The translations under genes were made by a program, and so were the position numbers. A stretch of 62,915 nucleotides of DNA from a virus. Its lineage: Duplodnaviria > Caudoviricetes. The stretch lies in the IMG/VR virus record IMGVR_UViG_3300033142_001753, positions 1 through 62,915 of that record. One strand, 5' to 3'. The notes under the pieces were generated by a model, which saw nothing but the letters and a program-made list of their open reading frames with translations, did no database searches and had not been told where the DNA came from. Of the stretch, positions 57,348 to 62,915 are shown one piece after another (the first letter of the stretch is position 1; every line of letters begins with the position of its first letter).

Positions 57348-57671
57348 TCACTTATCCTCCGGGACTGAATTAAGTCTCTCTAAAAATCTATTGGTTTTCT
57401 GCAAAATATGCTCTTCAGCCTCATTGACAATATCTTCAGGAAACAGGGCCACATCATCAGGGGTCTCTACATTAAAAACGTCTCCCTTGGGATCAAGAGG
57501 ACTAAGTAGTCCCTTGCCCGCTACGGCCCTCGATGCAAGACAAGCACCCAAAACCATCGATGATGTACCCATGAAAAAACCAAGAGTTAAAGAAATAAGT
57601 ATTCCTTTTAAACTATCCATTCTATTCTCCATAAGGTTCGCTGTTGAGTAGTTGTTCCCAAAATTCTTCAA
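57348..57671 (-). CDS. Membrane protein
   Basis: One hydrophobic segment; start uncertain. Confidence 0.6.
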   Translation of the reverse strand: MKNFGNNYSTANLMENRMDSLKGILISLTLGFFMGTSSMVLGACLASRAVAGKGLLSPLDPKGDVFNVETPDDVALFPEDIVNEAEEHILQKTNRFLERLNSVPEDK

Positions 57672-57730
57672 ATTCCCTAGTTCTATCTCTTAGTGATTCT
57701 TGATATAATTCCCAGAATATTATCAAGTTC

Positions 57731-58462
57731 TTAGCGTTCATTCTCGCCCTCCACTGTAAAGGCACTCTCACCACAAGCGTCCATCCACCTGACACGATTA
57801 AGCAATGAAAATACTAGGCCACCTACGGCAAAGACACAAGGATCGTCACGATGAAATTCGCGCAATCGATTTTGTAAGATATCGTTATAACCAAAAAAGA
57901 AGCGCTTACTCTCTTCTAAAAGTGTGGATCTTAGCGCCCGAACATAGCTATCGAAAATCTTTTGAGCATACATTTCATCATAAGGACTAACAAGTATTGC
58001 GTTCCTGTCTCCGCCCTCCTCAATCAAAATCTCATTGAATAAAGCCAATGGGACTAAAAATCTTTCTGGATCTCCAAAAAAAAACCTTAATAGATTCCTT
58101 TGGATACCGAATCCATATTCTTCTCGAAGCTTGACACATTCCTTGAGTAAGGTAGGCACATCCTTGGATTCGGCCTCAGCAAGAAGCTGGAAGTTTGCAT
58201 TGAGCGGTGAACTGTTAAAATCTTTGTTCGGCCTAACTACCCCTACTATTGCGGCATACCCTGGTAAGCCGTCCGAACTATCTGTGACTTCGCTTGGCCA
58301 GCCTATAGTAGCATATAATTCATAGAATAATTGACCAGTCTTATTATCCTCATACCAAAAGGGCCTCTCTACCATCTCTACGCCAGTTACCCGAGCATAG
58401 TCAGTTCTGGCTCTTAATAAATCAACTGAGTGGGGGTGAGCTACCAGCTTAATCTTACTCAT
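57731..58462 (-). CDS. Hypothetical protein, possibly degenerate RNase H-like fold
   Basis: Long ORF between TerL and portal; the fold guess is weak. Confidence 0.6.
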   Translation of the reverse strand: MSKIKLVAHPHSVDLLRARTDYARVTGVEMVERPFWYEDNKTGQLFYELYATIGWPSEVTDSSDGLPGYAAIVGVVRPNKDFNSSPLNANFQLLAEAESKDVPTLLKECVKLREEYGFGIQRNLLRFFFGDPERFLVPLALFNEILIEEGGDRNAILVSPYDEMYAQKIFDSYVRALRSTLLEESKRFFFGYNDILQNRLREFHRDDPCVFAVGGLVFSLLNRVRWMDACGESAFTVEGENER

Positions 58463-58724
58463 AAAAAATATTATACTGCAAAGAGAATATACCCGCAAGG
58501 AATGGACCTATACCGGTCCATAAAAAACAAGATCATCGGACACCCGGTCCAAATCTGATACGCCTCAAAGAGTGTCGCAAAACCATGACCCTCGCTTACA
58601 ATATACCCTAGCAAGGCCACTGTGATAATTTTGTCCATTACCATATTTCCACCTGTAATGTCCCGGTAAACGATGAACCTTGAGTTCTTTTGCTGTTAAA
58701 TGCTTTTTCATGTAGTCCTTAAAT

Positions 58725-58762
58725 AAAAAAGCCACCTAGGACTTGCGCCGCTGGGTGGCTTT
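58725..58762 (-). terminator. Rho-independent terminator
   Basis: AAAGCCACCCAG...CTAGGTGGCTTTTTT on the minus strand. Confidence 0.7.
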
Positions 58763-58792
58763 GATTGTCACCGGGACATAAGGTACGGCGGA

Positions 58793-59197
58793 TCACTTAA
58801 AGAGGAAAGATTGCACCTCACTTACAGTCTTGTAAACGATATCTCCGATTCGAAGGCTATGCAAATTAGTTGGTATTCCGTAAATTTCTACACCACCTGA
58901 AGTCAATACTGCCGGTAGCCCGGCTACTGTAAGGGTCCCGTCGCGGTTTGCCATCCAATCCCATTTATATATGTTGCCCGATACACCAAGGTAAACAACG
59001 CCAGCGCACCGGGGGGCAGGACTAAAAAGCGGAGAATTTTCGACGAATGTTAAGGTACACAGAGTGTCATCAACGGTGGATACATAAGAATTTCCAACTA
59101 CCTCACACTGGTCCATGGCGATAGCCATGGTACCGGCCACCCACATAAACGAAAAAGCGAAACATAGAGCAACAAATACTGGCCACATTTTCTTCAT
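58793..59197 (-). CDS. Secreted protein (moron)
   Basis: Signal peptide MKKMWPVFVALCFAFSFMWVAG; own promoter and terminator. Confidence 0.75.
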   Translation of the reverse strand: MKKMWPVFVALCFAFSFMWVAGTMAIAMDQCEVVGNSYVSTVDDTLCTLTFVENSPLFSPAPRCAGVVYLGVSGNIYKWDWMANRDGTLTVAGLPAVLTSGGVEIYGIPTNLHSLRIGDIVYKTVSEVQSFLFK

Positions 59198-59235
59198 ACT
59201 TCCTCCTAGCTGTTAAGGTTAATTAATTATAATGT

Positions 59236-59264
59236 ATTATAACATAGGTGAAGGCTATATGCAA
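59236..59264 (-). promoter_or_regulatory. Sigma70 promoter (extended -10)
   Basis: TTGCAT-17-TATAAT with TGn. Confidence 0.7.
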
Positions 59265-59274
59265 TACCTATGCC

Positions 59275-59430
59275 TTAATCCCCTTCGATTTCTTTCAATA
59301 ATTTCTTAAGCTGAATTATTGCTCCATGTGTATACATACAAGCTGTGTAGTCCTTGGCTTCCTTGGCATGCCACTCCTGTTCTTCGAGTTCTTTTATTCT
59401 CTCAGTTAAGATTTTTATTATATCCTGCAT
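59275..59430 (-). CDS. Small helical hypothetical protein
   Basis: Start MQDII lies 1 nt after the in-frame TGA that follows the duplicated TerL end. Confidence 0.55.
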   Translation of the reverse strand: MQDIIKILTERIKELEEQEWHAKEAKDYTACMYTHGAIIQLKKLLKEIEGD

Positions 59431-59438
59431 GTCAATCT

Positions 59439-59484
59439 GGAAAAGCCTGAAAGTCACAGCCATCGAAGAACCCGCCAGCGCCCG
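59439..59484. repeat. 46-bp direct repeat, copy 1 (copy 2 at 59882-59927, TerL 3' end)
   Basis: ggaaaagcctgaaagtcacagccatcgaagaacccgccagcgcccg is identical in both places. Confidence 0.95.
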
Positions 59485-59501
59485 AATCAAGGGGATAAGC
59501 A

Positions 59502-59867
59502 TTAAACTTCTGGGTTGTTGGGTGCTTCATTCCAAGCTCCATCTTCCTTATATTCAACCTTAAGATTTTCCGGCAACATCATTTCGTCAATTTCCTGTTC
59601 TATCGTCCGGCCCGCACAGATCTCTTGAGTTTTTTGTGCCTGCCACATTTTAAAATGAGGAGTATTTATTAAAGACTTAAAAGCTGCCACTAGATTAGCT
59701 TTTCTGTTTTTATTTTTTTGACCTGTAGCCCTCGCTCCTGATTCTGTGTGACACATCCTTACACAATTTTGATGCTTGTTGCGATGCTGGCCTCCTGCGC
59801 CCGTGCCCGAGAAGAAGTCAATCTTAATATCTTTACGTGTTACCGAGAACAACAATTCACGCCCCAT
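59502..59867 (-). CDS. Class I release factor-like (GGQ) peptidyl-tRNA hydrolase domain protein
   Basis: DIKIDFFSGTGAGGQHRNKHQNCVRMCHTESG; GGAGGG RBS before MGREL. Confidence 0.88.
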   Translation of the reverse strand: MGRELLFSVTRKDIKIDFFSGTGAGGQHRNKHQNCVRMCHTESGARATGQKNKNRKANLVAAFKSLINTPHFKMWQAQKTQEICAGRTIEQEIDEMMLPENLKVEYKEDGAWNEAPNNPEV

Positions 59868-59871
59868 GATT

Positions 59872-62538
59872 TTATCCCTCCGGAAAAGCCTGAAAGTCAC
59901 AGCCATCGAAGAACCCGCCAGCGCCCGCAAAAGTCATAGCCAAGGCCATAAGGTGATCAGGGCTCCTAGCAAGCAGTTCCTTCATCTCTGAAGTCTTCAT
60001 GACCTCAACATACCCCGAATCCGTGTCATAGGTAGGGACCATCAGTTCCTCAAGCAGATCCTCGTCCGGGGGCAACATAGCTCCCGGATCACACCTTAAC
60101 CACTCCCTGACTCGCCACAAAAGTTCGTCTCTCAAAATACGGAAATCACCAAGCTCTGATTTTATAATAGGTTTCGACGCAACCTTGATACCGGTTGCGA
60201 CTACGCCCTCCCCATATTTCTGCATATGGGGAGCCACACCACATCCTACGCCAGTTGCATCAACCATCGCCCGGTCAATTCCTTGATGATCGCTGTACCA
60301 CTGAATAGCCTTATCACCTGTCTCTACAGTATCGATTCCGCCCCAGGTATCAAATGGTGACAAATAACCACCGTATCGTCCGCAGGCAACATTACTATCA
60401 TCTCCCATCTCGGCTACATCTAGGCCCATGACACCTTTGGCTCCATGAGGCGGGGCCTCACCGTACTTGGCTACATAAACATCATATCTGGCTCTCGCCG
60501 CAGATACCCACTCCTCTGAAATAAGCTGGTTAGACCCCTGTGCAGGATAACGGCCAAGGACCATATACGAGAATGAGGGATTTTTGATCTTATATTGGCC
60601 AGCAACCAGCGGGGTATATGCCTTACCTGCCTGAGAATACCCTACAGCACCTACCAAAAAATCAGGGAGGGTATACACACTCCTCTCGCTGATCTTGTCA
60701 CCTGGCCTTATTGGCCTAGTCCATTCATTGATCCGACGTACAGTAACCTCTCTGCTCACTGCACCAGGGATAAGGTCTTTACCTGTTATGACATTTGGAT
60801 GCCTAAAAGCTGAAAGGTGTACCACATTCGCTGTTTTGTCCCTGATCATCCTATAAACAGGGCCAGCGGCATGCCGGGGGTTGAACATAATAAGAAGCCG
60901 AACAAAACCACCAGACATACAGGACTCAGTGCCTTTATAGACCGGACCTGGTATAGCATCTCCCTCGTCATAAGCGAAGAGCATATGGCGTTGATGTTTT
61001 CCAGAAAACTTAGCTTCCTTCTCCTGTTCAGTCCCTGAACTCGGTATAGTCACTCCAATCATGTAATCTTCTGGACCGCGCCTCACATCCATTGAAGTAA
61101 CAATATGGCCAGCGAAGAGCTGAGGATGATCCCTTATTACACTCCCTATCTCTCCCCAAAGAAGGTTTTTAAGGTTATCATATGGCGGGGCAGCGGCAGT
61201 AAAGACCTTGGTGTCATGAAAGCAGAGATAAAACCAGACTGCGAGGCGAGCAGCTATCCAGGTATTGTGAGTAACTGTAAAATTTTCAGTGAGATATAAA
61301 CCATCAAGATTGTCAACAGATATGCACTGAGAATCCATCATACCAACATATTTTACAGCCTTAATTACCCTTTGTGCCTTTCTCTGTGCCTCGCATTCCG
61401 GCACATATCGCCTAACCTTACGAGGTAATAGAAATGGACAAAAAGGGACCTTAATGTAAAGATTGTAGGCAGTTTTACCTTGAATCTTCTTACCATTTTT
61501 TTTGTAGTAAGGCTTTTTACGACCTATCGTGGCAGTGCCACCAAGTGACCAAACAAGCGACTGAACTTGTTTAGCCAGGGAGGGGCTTATAGTGGCATAT
61601 GATATTTTATGCCTGGTATCAATGTATCCATCTGCATCAAGTAAGCCAGCGAGTAGAGCCTTGCGATCAATGACACAAGACCTTGTGTAAGCATCTGGAA
61701 TGAATTTTTCGTATGATCCTGCCTCAATTAATCCGTATTTTCTTATTACATCCCTCACAAAATTAGGTTTACCTTTATCAGTTGCGAAAGATATACACCT
61801 ACATTTTTGAGCCTGAACCTTGTGATCTCTAAGTTTATAGCTCCCCATTCTGCGCTGAAGCTCGTCACAGATCCAACCATCACCCGACGTAAGAGTTATA
61901 TTGGTCTTGAAACATCCATCGCCGAGCAGGGCTCCCATGACATACGGATCAATGCCAAGATATTTTTTTGAATACTCAACAGCTCTGCACATCGGAACGT
62001 GAAGTATCTGTTTGATCTTTTGCTTAATTTGCAGGGTTGTGAGTGTACGATACGGACGATCACGGTATTGATCTGATGAACTCTGAACGGACCATAAATG
62101 ATCTTCACTTGCGAATACAGAAGTCCTGTCATTAAAGAAAATCTCATATGTTGGCTGTGAACCTTGAGGATAGATAGCTTTAACTTTTGCAGGTTTACCG
62201 TTCTGACCAATCACCATATCGCCAGGGATAACATCACCCATTTGCTTACTACCATTAGGGGTCATTACGCCAGTACTTAGGGGTTGCGACTTACCTGTAC
62301 CATTGGCCGAGACTGCTACAGTAACCTGGTTATCCCTCACAGACAATGCCATTTTCTTCAGATCATCTGTGAGTTCTTCTCCGAGTTCAGTCTCAATAAA
62401 GGTTATAGGGTCACCCCGGTACTTGGTGTACTTGTCATCGAGGATGAAGGTGTTTATTGTTTTCGCAGGAGTCCTGGAAAGGATAAGAGATGTGAGGCTA
62501 TCGACTGCCTCGTCTGATAATTTAATAGGAGGGCTCAT
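59872..62538 (-). CDS. terL: Terminase large subunit containing an intein
   Basis: Walker A GTGK|T split by the intein; YDEG Walker B; MFNP; nuclease GLDVA..GDD, VDATGVG, SPD. Confidence 0.93.
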   Translation of the reverse strand: MSPPIKLSDEAVDSLTSLILSRTPAKTINTFILDDKYTKYRGDPITFIETELGEELTDDLKKMALSVRDNQVTVAVSANGTGKSQPLSTGVMTPNGSKQMGDVIPGDMVIGQNGKPAKVKAIYPQGSQPTYEIFFNDRTSVFASEDHLWSVQSSSDQYRDRPYRTLTTLQIKQKIKQILHVPMCRAVEYSKKYLGIDPYVMGALLGDGCFKTNITLTSGDGWICDELQRRMGSYKLRDHKVQAQKCRCISFATDKGKPNFVRDVIRKYGLIEAGSYEKFIPDAYTRSCVIDRKALLAGLLDADGYIDTRHKISYATISPSLAKQVQSLVWSLGGTATIGRKKPYYKKNGKKIQGKTAYNLYIKVPFCPFLLPRKVRRYVPECEAQRKAQRVIKAVKYVGMMDSQCISVDNLDGLYLTENFTVTHNTWIAARLAVWFYLCFHDTKVFTAAAPPYDNLKNLLWGEIGSVIRDHPQLFAGHIVTSMDVRRGPEDYMIGVTIPSSGTEQEKEAKFSGKHQRHMLFAYDEGDAIPGPVYKGTESCMSGGFVRLLIMFNPRHAAGPVYRMIRDKTANVVHLSAFRHPNVITGKDLIPGAVSREVTVRRINEWTRPIRPGDKISERSVYTLPDFLVGAVGYSQAGKAYTPLVAGQYKIKNPSFSYMVLGRYPAQGSNQLISEEWVSAARARYDVYVAKYGEAPPHGAKGVMGLDVAEMGDDSNVACGRYGGYLSPFDTWGGIDTVETGDKAIQWYSDHQGIDRAMVDATGVGCGVAPHMQKYGEGVVATGIKVASKPIIKSELGDFRILRDELLWRVREWLRCDPGAMLPPDEDLLEELMVPTYDTDSGYVEVMKTSEMKELLARSPDHLMALAMTFAGAGGFFDGCDFQAFPEG
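61264..62289 (-). mobile_element. Intein with LAGLIDADG homing endonuclease (342 aa)
   Basis: SQPLSTGVMTPNG...EDHLW...LLGDG...LAGLLDADG...QCISVD...VTHN|T. Confidence 0.93.
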
Positions 62539-62546
62539 AAAAAAGA

Positions 62547-62726
62547 TTACCTTGGCCAGCGGAGTCTTACATTCTTTTTCTTATGCTTCTTGCCCAGGCT
62601 TCGCCGGGCCTTACTCCGGCCAGCTTTTGACATTGCAGCAGCTATAGCCTGGTCCCTAGGATGGCCAGCTCTTATCATCTCTGAGATGTTTTTTGAAATA
62701 TTCTTTTTACCTGGCTTCAATGGCAT
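62547..62726 (-). CDS. Small basic phage protein (59 aa)
   Basis: AAGGAG RBS; [17 protein letters not shown]...[11 protein letters not shown]. Confidence 0.7.
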   Translation of the reverse strand: MPLKPGKKNISKNISEMIRAGHPRDQAIAAAMSKAGRSKARRSLGKKHKKKNVRLRWPR

Positions 62727-62801
62727 CGCTGACTCCTTTATTTAAAGATACCACATTATGGTCCACAGGTCATGCCTTGAGCCAGGATAGGTGTGTAGTT
62801 A

Positions 62802-62915
62802 AAAAATAGCCTTATATATAGGGGACTTATAGTTTATTCTTCTCCACACGTAATGTTGCTACAAATGACCCACTACTCCTGGACTAGTGGGTCGTAAAAT
62901 GTCCTTATATATAAA
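62802..62915. repeat. 114-bp direct repeat copy, continuing through the junction into array 1
   Basis: Identical to 17822-17935. Confidence 0.95.

Noticed and set aside
59502-59867. Stop-codon reassignment implied by a release factor
   Set aside because: Long genes are intact in the standard code, TAA, TAG and TGA all terminate genes, and no suppressor tRNA was found.

Overview
This window appears to be a complete, circularly assembled dsDNA tailed-phage genome of about 62.85 kb; bases 1-62 are repeated at 62854-62915. It is probably podovirus-like: no tape-measure, sheath or tail-tube genes are recognisable, and there are large internal/ejection-type proteins. Layout: (1) a leftward early/replication arm (1-14.7 kb) with HNH, putative TerS, endolysin, UvrD and SNF2 helicases, a Rad50-like ATPase and an exonuclease; (2) a rightward arm (14.8-22.7 kb) with VRR-NUC, a C5 methyltransferase, a prim-pol primase, a phosphoesterase, a dATP/dGTP diphosphohydrolase and a repeat protein; (3) a long leftward virion arm (22.7-62.7 kb) with intein-containing TerL, portal, scaffold, major capsid, tail proteins and 1054/2201-aa proteins. 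I found no integrase, canonical DNA polymerase, CRISPR array or reverse transcriptase. Most notable observations: two copies of a mirror-symmetric GACCCAC/GTGGGTC origin-like array sharing an exact 114-bp direct repeat that could split the genome into 17.9- and 45.0-kb circles; adjacent Tad2- and Tad1-like anti-defence sponge genes; a two-subunit C5 methyltransferase encoded as nested overlapping frames; a set of translation-related elements (tRNA-like RNA lacking an anticodon loop, CAT tRNA with a Gln-like body, GGQ release-factor-like protein, RMF-like protein); a stand-alone NrdD glycyl-radical domain; and several accessory genes bracketed by duplications of a neighbouring gene's 3' end. 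All family calls come from motif recognition by eye, not from database searches.
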